The notes under the pieces were generated by a model. The model was not told the DNA's origin and searched no databases. It saw only the letters and a list, made by a program, of their open reading frames with translations. Source: Antedon mediterranea (Eukaryota; Animalia; Echinodermata). Taken from it: DNA of 64,000 nt. Shown here in pieces: positions 1 through 12,800 of the stretch; the stretch's first letter is position 1, and every line of letters starts with the position of its first letter. The translations under genes and the position numbers were made by a program. The stretch lies in assembly GCF_964355755.1 (NCBI RefSeq), contig NC_092673.1, forward strand, positions 29,881,648-29,945,647. Reading direction: 5' to 3'.

Positions 1-179
1 CAAATAATATATTGTTAAATAGCCGTAGAATGAATAAATTGGGGAAAGATTTAGATAGCATAATTTAGATACAAAGTCACATGGGGCTACAAAAATGTCC
101 GAGTTGAATATATTACTGAAATAACCAAAAAATAAAAAGCATCATCAAAAAACATCAAAACAAACAAAATCCAACATAC

Positions 180-3100
180 GCTTCTATTTCTGACAGGAAT
201 CTTGTTTCAAATTTCCAAGGCTCTTTGATTGTATCTGACAAGCCGCCTCTAAAGACCATCTTATGGTCCGCTAGTTTCAGCAGCGCTTGCCGTGTTATCT
301 CACCAAGGTACATTCCTGATATCATCTTCTCATACCTTTTGAAAGAAAATTGATCATTACTAAATCCAATTTTAAGCATGTAAAACTATGATTCTCAACT
401 TTATATACATATATATATATATATAAACTAAACATATATACTATATATATTTATTTTTTTCCTGTTTTGTCATTCATTTTTTGTGTTTGTATCGTTCCTG
501 TTCTTAAAGTGTTGAGGGCTCCATCGGCTGTTATGATGAGTCACCCTCATTAAACAAAGTTTAATAAAAATAAATAAGTCTGCGTAAATTATTATTATCT
601 GGGTATTTTTGTTTAACAAGAAGGTTGACTTTGGAGAGACACATGAACTAGCCTCAAAGTTCCAGGATTCCAGATCTAGCTAATAATTTGGACCTAATTC
701 TGGCAATACTTAAACTGAATTGTAAACGTACAATTGTTTCCCTTTGTTTGGTGTCAATTTGTCCATTTCTTTATCAAAGTCAGTTCGTATATCATCTAGA
801 ACGCCATCGTCTCCAAACGCACCCCACTCCATATTGATGATTACCTGTCGCGGTTCCTTGTCATCGCCATCCCATAATTCAACATTGTCAAGGTTTTCCA
901 TATAACACGCATTAGTACCAGTACCTACGATAATATATCATTTTTAATACAAAAGAACTTTTTCATAACCAGTCTGGGTTTCCGAAAAAGAAATAATTTG
1001 GAAAGATAAACTGTATTGCCATTTGATAAATTAAAAAGGATGATGTAAAGTCGACACATCTCAAACTTTCTTACATGCTAGTCCAATTTCTTATCATTGT
1101 TGAGTTGAGTGGCCGAGTGGTTATGGCGCTACAAACCATTGTAGCCTTAAAATTGACCATAGTTCTGGTGGTTATATATATAAGTATATTCTCAGAATTT
1201 AAACTGGAGGCATTGTACACATCTGGCTTGTGTGTGTATTTTAAAGAACCCAGTGCATCTTTCGGAAAAGTCGTGTACTGGTCCATTGCAGACACTGTAA
1301 TTTTTGGCAGGCGCACGCTACACTGTGGCTGATGTGGGATCATTGAGGGCCTAATCCAAATTTCCACAATGTTGAGTATGAATAACATAATAAAACAAAC
1401 AAAATTACACCATATCACTCTCTATAAATAAATAACTGTAAATTCACTAACCCAAAATCAATCCAATGTAGCAATTGGGGTTTGTGTAAGCACATGACAT
1501 TAATGTTCCAACAGTGTCATTCACAACTGCAACAATATCCAACTCCACATTCTACAATAAAGAAAAAGAGCTATTGAAGCAGATACTAAAAGCACATATG
1601 GATCTCGGTAAAATATTGCAGTAAGTAATTGCATTGTAGTAAGTGTTATTAATTGGATAATGGCAGGTTGTGTTAGGTGAATTAACACAGCTTGGTAAAT
1701 AAAAGTAAAAATTGCACACTACAAGGAACAACAACATTAACCTTTCAGTCATTTTTTAGTATCTATGTAGATAACACTTTAATTGCATAATCGGAACTCG
1801 CTTCAACCACAGGAAGCACAATCTAACAACAGGGCACTGAGCTTGCCTTGCCAAGATAGGAACTTGTAACAGTCCTTTGATATATGTCTGGCTGCAACAA
1901 ATACCAACGGTACTGTACTATGTACATACGGTGCGTGCAGTGTACAGTATGTTAAGGGGTGTGGAACTGATCGTGTCGCAGCCACAGATCAACCCTTTGA
2001 CCTAAGGAGCTTAGCATCCTGTTCTTTTAGAATGCCTTGTTTCAACATTTTTTCTCTAACATTAAATCATTTAAATTCTAGTAATTTGACTTTGTTTTCA
2101 TTTGTTACCTGTTTGGCACAAGATTGTTGTAATAACTTAACAACATCTTGGTTCTCAACTCCAGAAGCTGAGAATCCTTTGGTCCATGTCACAAGGAATG
2201 CTGTAATACAATAACATTTATGTTATATATATCTCTTTCCAGCTATGCACATTTTTCTGGCTGTTTTATCATTGTCATTTTTTTTCAGTAATTTGCCTTT
2301 GGATTTATATCAATACGCTTCATCATCATTAGACATAGCGTATGCTAACATTTTGTGCTATTTATTCTTGTCATGGGCCGGGTGTGTCTCAAGTAAGTCT
2401 GTGTAATTTAATCAATCTGTATCATGTTACATTATCATTTATTAAAAAACTGAAATACAACAACAGCCAAAGGTTGAAACTAGTCTTCCAAAGCAGGACA
2501 CAAAGGCCTACTGAAAATGAGGAAAGAAACAATAACAGCCTACTCTTATTTTATAGTTTTAGTAATCTTTTAAATTGCTCAGATTTGACAAATGGAACGG
2601 TGGAATCACAGGTCTATGCTTTTCATTATATACTTGGAAAAACAGTGAACTTTGACCTCACAAGATGTGTCCAAAAAATAATTTGCACATGGCTACAAAT
2701 AGTTTTCAAAAGTGTTTTCTAGTGCTTTGGCATATAGTGGTGGATCCGATTTTGAAATAGATAGGGTCTAGGGCCTAAAATGGTGAAATAAAGGGCTTAG
2801 CTATATTTGATGGGGGTCGGGCCAGCTGTCCCCCACCCCTGGATCCGCCCCTGAGTGTAATTAAAAGTCACTGATTTTAATTCTGAATTACCTGAAGTTA
2901 GTCCCTTCTGAGCACAAGGGAATGAAAATGTGAATCCAAGTGGTAGCTTTTCACTGATACCCTTTTCTTTCTTGAAGTCACCAAGACAGGTGGCTATGTA
3001 ATCAAACAGCTAAAAATACAGATATATCATTCATAATATTTGTACACATTTTTTCCAGTACTCTTCTAGGTACAGTACTGGTATGAAAAACTGTTTAATA

Positions 3101-6100
3101 ATAAGAAAAAAGCAGTATATTGAAAATGCAAACAAAACAGAGTGGTAAACACACAGAATTTAGTGCGAGTATAATATTTCAGAGGCTTAATTTCTACTGT
3201 GGAGAAAACAGGGGTAAGTAGGATTTTTATTTATCTCACCATGGACAAATAACTATCAACAAAATTAATAAATAAATTCTGAGACTATATACCTGTTCTC
3301 CAGTGCCTGTCATGATTTCTTGAGAAAGAGCAAATACTTTGCTTTCTAACTTGACATCACCATTGAGTAGCGTCACTAGTAGAACACGGAAATTACTACC
3401 ACCCAGATCAAGAGCAAAGAAACGACCACTCTCTAAAAAAAAAATAAAAAAATAAACAAATTTAATGCCAGACAATATCAGAACATTATTTTAAATCAGA
3501 TGAGGGAATGTAGTACTAATAGTACTTGAGATGAATGAAACAAGTTAAAACAGTAAAGAGAGCTTGGCATCTAGAAGTTGGTGGTAGAAGAGTAAGAAGA
3601 CAGTCACACTGGTGATGCCAGATACAGTATAGAGATACAATAATTTTGTAATAATACCATATTATATCCTCTGGTACAATCCCATCCCCTAGAACACAAA
3701 ATCGGGCTGACATTAGGGGGTGAGACTCTCCCTCTAGGTGCTGTATCTACGGACAAAGGCAATGATGTTCTGCCACAATTTTCTGCTTTTCGCTCGTTAA
3801 GGTCCACTCCTTGATTGGTAAGCATGTCTTGTAAAAACTCATCTGAACTGGCTAGAGAAAGGCCAGCAGTACATCCAGACCAAAGTCATTACTGGGACTA
3901 TACCCGGGAATATGTCTGTTTTGAAATCAGACATAAAGTAGGGAGTGGTATTAGACCTGAAGTGGCATTATACCCGAGGATATACGGTAATAATTTATTC
4001 ATTGATATTGCGCAAATTCCATTGATATTTGTTCAAATGACGCACAAATACAACGTAGAATGCAGCATTGAACAAATGACAGTCTAAATCATACAAATCA
4101 GTCAGAGGAGTAGATTTTAAGAATGAAATATCTGTACCTGAACCATTTGGAATAGATCTGACATAGCTTGGAAACATTTTAACTTTTGCTGTAGGGTTCG
4201 TTGCAGCTCCTAGACCCTTTTCCATGTCACGTTGCAGCCGCTGCATAATATCTTTAAGGTTGTCATCACTCAGATGTAGAGATTCTAATAAAGAGTCAAC
4301 CTGAATATAGAGTACAATAGACAATGTTGTTAATATCATTGATGACTAATTACAATCAGAATGGGCTCATGTCAGTTAATTATTTACAAAGGTAAGTTTG
4401 TTTTTATTATTATATTATAATTATTGTTCACTTTGGTAAATTTAAAATGTAGGTCATCATTTTATCTGGGTAAATAACTCTAACTTTCAGCTTTGTCTAC
4501 ACTGTCAAACTTTATATTACAAAAAAATGTGATGTGCCCATCATGATCACTACCATATTTAAGCATATCACTACCATATTTAAGCATATCACTACCATAT
4601 TTAAGCATATCACTACCATATTTAAGCATATCACTACCATATTTAAGCATATCACTACCATATTTAAGCATATCACTACCATATTTAAGCATATCACTAC
4701 CATATTTGAGCACATTATACTTTTTTTGTCAAACTAGCTTGATAGTGTAGACAGAGCTTTAAGTTAAGTCTGAACAGGCCCTATGTGATCTCTATACATT
4801 TGTACTTTTATTTGTCATGCTTTTAATTATGGGGTTGCATTATTCTAGCTGTTGTTTCGAACTATAAATACTACAGTAAAGAAACAGATGCCAATTCGCA
4901 TGATAACTTGGAATGATAATACTCTCTGTATAGATAATATGTCAATGATGATTATGATACAAGTGATCAAATAAAGCAATATGTAAATAAACGTAAAAAA
5001 AAAAACATTTACTGTACATTTTGAATCAATATTTTATGTCCTTAACCTAATATTTTAATAAAAAGTACATCGCTCAGAGCTGAAAGTGGTAATCATATTC
5101 TATACTTAGAGCGACTCATTGAACAATAACATTTATTATAGTCTTAAGCTCTGTCTACACTATTAAACTAGTTTGACAAAAAAAGTGTGATGTGCCCGAA
5201 TATGGTGGTAATATGCCCAAATAGTATGGTATAAATGGTAGTGATATGACAACATTATTATTACATTTTTATTATTATTGTTGTAAATTGTATAGATAGC
5301 ATTTTAATGTTGTTTTAGTAAAGTTTGATGTAGAACGCACCTTTACATCGAAGTGTGCCATTGTTACAAAAGTGTATGTTCAATAAATTATTATTTTATT
5401 ATTACTTCTATTCATGTTCATTCAAGTGTTTCTGTGCTAACATTGATCCATAAACATAAGTGAAAATATGGAGGTTGGATTTAGAAACAGTTAAGGAATT
5501 AATGAGCATGATAATGGAAATGTTATAATCTATATTAACATAATTGAATACTGGTAGATGTATGGTATCTTAATAGCAAAATACCTGTAAAACAAGGAAT
5601 ATGGTTTATGATTATGTACCAGGATGCAGAAAATACAATATCAAATAAAATATTATATATTTACAGTAAAACATCAAACTTCATTTATGGAGGTATACCT
5701 CCATGCTTTATTCAAGTACTTAAAATATAAAAAAAATGAATAAAACAGTCTGCATTTCAAAAAGTGAAAAATGTTATTAAAAATACACTGTCCAATAAAT
5801 GAGATAAAGGCTATATTAACATCTGTTTTGTTGCATGAAACAGAAAGTAGCGCAGTTTTGGTAAAGCATGAAAGTTTTATAAATTTTAAAAACAACATCT
5901 TCAACAAGTGTGAATGTTTTCTTTTTAACATGGGCTTAGTCTAAAATATTGACTTCCTGTTGTTTGGTGATGGAATAAAATGAATTGGATTGACAAAATG
6001 ATTTTATATATGATTTTCCTCATTCCATTTGAGTAATACTGCCATAAATAAATGAGAAAGCTGTCAAGAAATGTCAATTTTGAATGAATTTGAAAGCTAG

Positions 6101-7399
6101 CTTGAACTACTACCGAGAAATCGACACTCTGACTCCGATGGACCGGAAGGTTTGAAGACTTAGACCACTTCCCACCAATCATAACCCAGTCCTTTGCTTG
6201 CTGGAAAAAATTATTATTCAATTCAATCTTTTATTTCGGAATCTCTGGTCCATAGAAAATAAAATTATGTATAACTTAATAAAAAATAAAAAAATGTACT
6301 AATTACTATACTACTCATCTCAGGATGGCATACCACCTGGAGAGCATCTTTGACTTATATAAGATATTGTCTATAATTGTTGTTTTTGTTTGCATTTGTA
6401 CACTATACACCTGTGCTATGTTTCACTATCTTCAGTTCTCATCTACCAATGGTACTACGCCCAAAATGTGTCCAATGTCAACAAACATATTAAGATTAAA
6501 TTATTTATAATAAAACAATCTAATAAAGAGACAATGGGCATAACAATGGTGGACTAAATTGTCAAGGTCATGTTGCTACAAATATTTAAATTATTATATT
6601 AGTCAAAGATTATTATCTTATCAGAAATTGATTTTATCTCCTGTATTGTAGATTAATTGTCAATTGTATGACCCACTATACGGCCCCTGAGAGAGGTGCA
6701 TCATGGGTGCGTCAATTACAAATAATTACTGACGCAGGGGTGCGTCAAAAAACCTAGAAGTTACGTCACATCAATGAACGATGATGTGTCAATGTCCATC
6801 ACTTTACCACAAAAAATATCATAAAAAACATGGTCACAGTGCATCAAAATGGGTGCGTCATGGTCACATTTTTTAAGCACAGGTGCGTCATGGTATTCAT
6901 AAGGTATGACGCACATCGGACAAATGACGCACCTCTCCCGGGGGTGGTATAGTGTGGGTCATGCAATTGACTAGTGCATAATTTGAAGGTATTTTAATGT
7001 ATACTGTTAATTTTTTTCAGTGCTAAAGCATTGATTTCCAAAGTCTATATTTTCAAAGTCTCGACTTTTACCATGCGACACAGATTATAATTTTTTAATC
7101 AATCAATGTAATGGTAAACTGAGAGCAGGTTATAGCTTCTCTCTAATAACAATTTAGGTAGCTAGGCTTATAACTTCCCATTGACCAAAAACAGGCTTTT
7201 TATTTCCTCCAAGCTACAAACAAACCTCTACTACCACGTCACGTCTGTCCACATGCTCTGTCCATGGAGGTATAAAAATACAATTAAAAAATATATATTT
7301 TTATACCTCCATGCTCTGTCGTCAAATTTGTATTTTGCACATTAAAATACAACAAACGTCACAAATGTTTACCTGTGCTTTAACCTGAGAGTCTACCAT
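180..7399 (-). CDS. HK: Hexokinase (5' part; 3' exons lie beyond the left edge of the window)
   Basis: Phase-consistent GT-AG exons in transcript order: 7373-7399 (MVDSQVKAQ) or alternatively 5341-5361 (MAHFDVK), 4138-4300, 3293-3432, 2892-3009, 2109-2200, 1452-1551, 732-924, 180-335. Motifs [67 protein letters not shown]. Confidence 0.95.
3655..3989. mobile_element. Pogo/Tigger-like MITE
   Basis: TACC.TA..ATATCCTC ... GAGGATATACGGTA ends. Partial copy at 21790-21970; related element at 8388-8566. Confidence 0.6.
4489..4759. mobile_element. Harbinger-like MITE (AGCTCTGTCTACACTATCAAACT TIR) with an internal 21-bp array
   Basis: TIR family seen about 14 times in the window; this copy holds about 8 units of ATCACTACCATATTTAAGCAT. 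Confidence 0.8.
6659..6971. mobile_element. MITE with internal GGTGCGTCA repeats
   Basis: GTCAATTGTATGACCCACTATAC ... GTATAGTGTGGGTCATGCAATTGAC inverted termini. Confidence 0.7.
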
Positions 7400-7708
7400 G
7401 ATGTCATATATTGTTGAAAATATCTCAGTCGAGTTGTAATTGTAGGCCAGTAAATAAGCTGGTTTTCGGTGCGAAGCTGACCTGGATGCTAACCCGTGAA
7501 TATGTGGAAAGAATGCTGCTTGTTCAGTCTGTGGTTGTTGAAGTTCCAGCAGGGCCTAGAAATACAATCATTTATAAGGTTATCATAACATATCGGACAT
7601 TCAATTATACTTATAAAGCGCTTATTTATAAGACACAAATAATAAGAAATATTATAAGTATAGTTACTAATCAAGTTAAACAACTAAAGTACAGTTTTTG
7701 TAGACTTA

Positions 7709-7860
7709 CCTTTTTTATGTCTTTTCTGCCAAATCACTATTTCCTTATGAATTAATTGCACGCATCACTACGTAAGGGGTGTGGTTGCCGCAACAAGGAG
7801 GCGTGTAATTTAGGCGATTTTTATTGGTCAAACCCACGTGGAGGACTTTGTAATTGTTTA
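7709..7860 (-). promoter_or_regulatory. Candidate hexokinase promoter and upstream non-coding exon
   Basis: Local CpG/GC-enriched patch with CCAAT (attgg near 7823) and E-box CACGTG (near 7835), upstream of a minus-strand donor AAG|GTAAGT at 7709. Confidence 0.4.
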
Positions 7861-8617
7861 TCTTTTGATAGTAGTCTTCGTGACAAAAACATGTTGACTT
7901 TTCTTCTTCGATTAAAATTAACTATATTCAAGAATTTTCCCCTTTTCTTTGTTTAAATCAATTTTGTAATTATAAATGTTAATTTTGTCGTTTATTTATT
8001 ACAACAAAAATAAAAGAAGTTGTCATTGTCATTGTCAATATTTTGATTATGAAATGTTTACTTACACAGACCATGGAGCTACTTTTATAGCTCCATGGGC
8101 AGAAACAGGACTCCCTTGCCAGCTAAAATGACATAAATATGAACTACTTATATCTATTTATAGATTTAATAATCAACAACAAAAAACACAATATTACTCT
8201 CTATATCATTTATTTTAAAAATAGATATATAAACATTAATGTTGTGAAAGTTAAATTCTATTATTAATTACTAGTAATAGAGCAGAATAAGCGATCTTAT
8301 AAAAATAACAATGCTCCCCAAAATAACTCATGCATAATTAATACATGCATTCTAGGCATTTATATCAAACACAGAATACCTAGTTCTGTACCGAATAAGA
8401 CCGAGCATAGTCCCAGGGGGCCTATTATGAAATTTGCCCAAAATAGGGGGTTGGATTATATACTTAACTTAGATTGTATCAACAATGGAATTGAGCGTTC
8501 AAATTTAGTCTAAATTAGGTGTGGGATTATACTCTCGAACATGGGCTTATACTTGATCATACGGTAATATTTAAATATCGACCATTTGCAGCATTCAATA
8601 AGGTTGCAAGATTGCAT

Positions 8618-9074
8618 TGTCTAAACTGGGCTTTACATTTGCAGCTATACAGGTTGGAAATCTGTCTAAACTATGGGCTTTACATTTGCAGCTATACAGG
8701 TTGGAAATCTGTCTAAACTGGGCTTTACATTTGCAGCTTTACAGGTTGGAAATCTGTCTAAACTGGGCTTTACATTTGCAGCTATACAGGTTGGAAATCT
8801 GTCTAACTGGGCTTTACATTTGCAGCTACACTGGCTGGAAACCTGTCTAAACTGGGCTTTACATTTGCAGCTATACAGGTTGGAAATCTGTCTAAACTAT
8901 GGGCTTTACATTTGCAGCTATACAGGTTGGAAATCTGTCTAAACTGGGCTTTACATTTGCAGCTTTACAGGTTGGAAATCTGTCTAAACTGGGCTTTACA
9001 TTTGCAGCTTTACAGGTTGGAAATCTGTCTAAACTGGGCTTTACATTTGCAGCTATACAGGTTGGAAACCTGTG
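8618..9074. repeat. 44-bp minisatellite, about 10 copies
   Basis: Unit TGTCTAAACTGGGCTTTACATTTGCAGCTATACAGGTTGGAAATC-like. Confidence 0.95.
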
Positions 9075-9157
9075 TAATTTGTAAAAGCCTTCATATACAA
9101 TTAAATTAAAGTAGTAAACTGTAAGTTTTGGCAAATGAAGTGACAATGATGATGAAA

Positions 9158-9789
9158 CCCGGGGGCGTCACTCTTAAATATTTCCATACGGGGAGGTGCC
9201 GCATTTACGGGTATATTTTCGAGGGCCTGGTAGCACAAGTGTGGGAAAATATGAAGAGTTGGTAGCACAAGTGTGGGAAATGACAGGGTGAAATTAGTAG
9301 TTTAAGTCCCTAGCCCGCCCACCCGTGTCAAAATGTCACGAATTATCGCCAAATTTTGCAGGTTTTAGCATACTGGATGCTATAAGCCCATCGCGGGGCC
9401 TATCGCTAAATACCTTTGAATAGGCCTAGAGTTTTCGCATCAGCAGAAGAACACGAAACATCCAGCCTAGGACAAAATCATTCAACTGTGACCACTCTTG
9501 ATGATCGTCGATGCACCCCACGATGCACGATAAACTTTCAAAACACGTTCGTGATTTTTCCATGAACGGTCTCTTTGGTCATGCGCAGATCATGCTGGGA
9601 ACCAGTACAAATTTTGCGCCCTCTCTGGCGTGGCCTTGTTTCTGCCGTCTTTTTATAGAACACTGGATTTTGGTAAATGGTAGTTCAAGTCCGTATATTT
9701 TTCAGTAAAACAGGTAGCGCAAGTGCCTCATGTCTTGAAGTCGCTGCTGCACCTCCCCGTTTGGTTTATATACAAGTGACCCCCCCGGG
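9158..9789. mobile_element. GC-rich MITE with CCCGGGGG..TCACT TIRs and 8-bp TSD
   Basis: Ends CCCGGGGGCGTCACT and AGTGACCCCCCCGGG; TGATGAAA at 9150-9157 and 9790-9797. Confidence 0.85.
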
Positions 9790-9876
9790 TGATGAAATGT
9801 CCTTGTCAAATTCTAAAGCAGCTTTCCGAGGAACTGGCTAACTTTCTGCTAATTCGATATTGAAAACTGGTTCCAA

Positions 9877-12800
9877 TCATAAACCTTTGTTAAAATAAAC
9901 TTTACTAATTTTATCTCCAAATTGTTGGCGAATAGATTCAGCTAACTCTGGTTCAATCTTGTTCACGTCCATTGTACTGAAATAAAACAAAGTTGTCAAT
10001 ATATTATACATCAAAAAAAAAGTATGTATTAAATAATATATTAGTTCAATACAAGTGGTTTGTAATGCATGATTATAGTCATAGTAGTAAAGCTCTATTT
10101 ACACTTTCAAACTTTATTTGACAAACAAATGTGATGTGCCCATATATGGACATGATGATGTCATATCACTGACATATCACCACCATATTTGGGCACATCA
10201 CACTTTTTTTGTCAAACTAGTTTGACAGTGTAGACAGAGCTTAAAAACGAAAACTAACTTACCAAGTTTGTGGAAATATAGAACAAGCAGTCGGGGTCAT
10301 GATAAGCAAACTACAAAGAAAAATATATAACATTTTATTGTGTACTGTTGGGAACACTTTGCACATTTTTTTGGAATACATGTTCCCACAATAATGAACT
10401 TGGACAATTTTATTATTTCCAGGCATCATTTTAATACACCTAATAAATTGGTGACAGTGGCTTAGGCTGCTTTTGTGCTTTCCTGGCAGCTAGTGACTAT
10501 GATTTTATATTTTCTTCTTGTGTTGTGTTTGTTTAATTTATTGATTTGCATTTTGTAAAATGTATCTTTTGCTTGAATAAATAATAATAATACCTAAAAT
10601 ATGAACATTTACGACAATTAGTTCTGGCATTAAGATTTCTTTCATTAAGATTAAGAAATTAGAAATTTGTAGTCAACAAAATGTTTAGGAATCAATAGTT
10701 ATAGCATCAGAGAAAAGTCTGATTCTCTGTTATCATTCATTTTATCAGCACACTGTCCTTTGCCCAGTTAAAAATTAAAATCATGGATTAAGTCAACTGT
10801 CTACTAATGTGAAATGTTATTATCTTTTGAGTCAATGAACTTCTAATGATATCAGGTCAATTTTGAAACGTCCAAATATGGGTAACAGATGATTTTATCA
10901 GAGGTTAAAATTTGAAGAGCATGACATTGATGGGTTGCTGAACTGTAAGTAAATAAACCAGACTTAAGTTCTAGAAAGCATAAACAAATACACAGATCTA
11001 TGATTAAGTATATTTACGTGCATTAACTGTTACATCCAATGAACTTCTAATGATACTATGTCAATTTTGAAACAATTAATATGGATAACAGACGATTTTA
11101 TCACAGGCTAACATTTGACAAACAAATATGGATAACACACAAATTTATCAGAGGCTAAAATTTAAAGAGCACAACATTGATGGGTTGTCAAACAGTAAAT
11201 AAACCAAATTTAAGTTCTAGAAAACTTAAATTTACTGAACTGTATTGTAATACAATATACTGTAGTAATGTTTGCATGAACAAATACAAAGATCTATTTA
11301 GTATGAGTATAAGTATGTCAACTTGCAACTGTTAAATCCAATGAATTTCTAATGATTAATATAATTACTTATTGTCTCTATAAAACGACTCATTATATTA
11401 CCTCACATGTTATTGACATATATATTTATTCGTTGTTTACTATAATTTTTTTTTATTCCAATTTTTAATTGTTACATAGGACATCAAATTTTAAAAATAG
11501 TGATGCCCGATTCAATCAATCAATAACTTTTGCTTATAACCATGTTCATTTGTAGGCCTTTGCTAATATAATTTTTTTAAACACTATATGCTATTTTTGA
11601 TACTTATATTATATGTATTCATCTTTTCTATTGTTTGTAGACCTCTAATGAAACTGTGTATTTATTCAGTATTTTTTCATTCAATAATAGTCAGTATAAT
11701 TTAATTAATAGTCAATATTTTTAAATTTGTTAAAATTTGACAATGTCATTACTGTAAATATAAATCAATGTATATATTTTATGAAGGCAGATGCCCGGAA
11801 AGATAAAGACAAACTTCTTGATACAAAAAAGAAATAAGACAAATCAAATTTCACCAATTACGAAAGTTTTACTTACGATGCACCAACTGCTAACACTTGG
11901 AATGGAGCATGTAAGAGAGGTACACTCCTAAACCAGTTATACTTGAGTAATCTTTCCATAATAACAGGTAGTATACCTAACCATACAAAGTGAAATAAAT
12001 TGTAAACAACAATATTATTATTGTAACTCACAGTACAGTTCCATAATACATATTAAGAATAAAAAAGTAAAAAATAAAAATGGATTTCATTTGATTTACT
12101 TCATAAAAGCACAATTGAGGTAATGAATAGTAATACCTCTTTCTGAAGTTTACAAACACACACCAGGGCATCAACGAGTCACTTGTAATCCGTCTAAGGT
12201 GATGTGAAAGGGGTACTATAACATATGCATTACTACGCCTATAACAATACTGTATATGCTATGATTTAAACATATGATCGAAGTGTAGATTATTGGGCAA
12301 CAGATGGACTAACCATAAAGAAATAAATTATTTCTCAATGAGAATCAATATTGACTTTATTAAAGTCAAAGTAAACAACAAAGCTTTATCTCTTTACAAA
12401 CTAAAGCTATGTCTACATTATCAAACTAGTTTGATAAAAAAAAATGTAATGTGCCCAAATATGGTAGAGATATACCCAAATATTGTAGTGATATGACATC
12501 ATCATGTCCATACAGTATATGACCACATCACACATTTTTGTCACATAAAGTTTGATAGTGTAGACAGAGCTTTATTTACACATTCCAGGAGCAGCCATTG
12601 TTATTCTTGATATTACAACTTGTGAAATTCCTTTTTGTGCTGCTTTCTATAAAAACACAAAATATAATATTTAATTTAGAGGATATATCAATTATCATAC
12701 ATTCTGTAAATAATTTCATTTGGATCCTAATATATATCGGAGTAAATTTTCTTTTTTGATGATGTACATGATTAAGTACTTACCAAATTAGGGTCATTTA

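Noticed and set aside
4480-4737. MLKYGSD-repeat ORFs
   Set aside because: Artefact of the 21-bp array within a MITE.
8519-9146. Overlapping repetitive ORFs
   Set aside because: Artefact of the 44-bp minisatellite.
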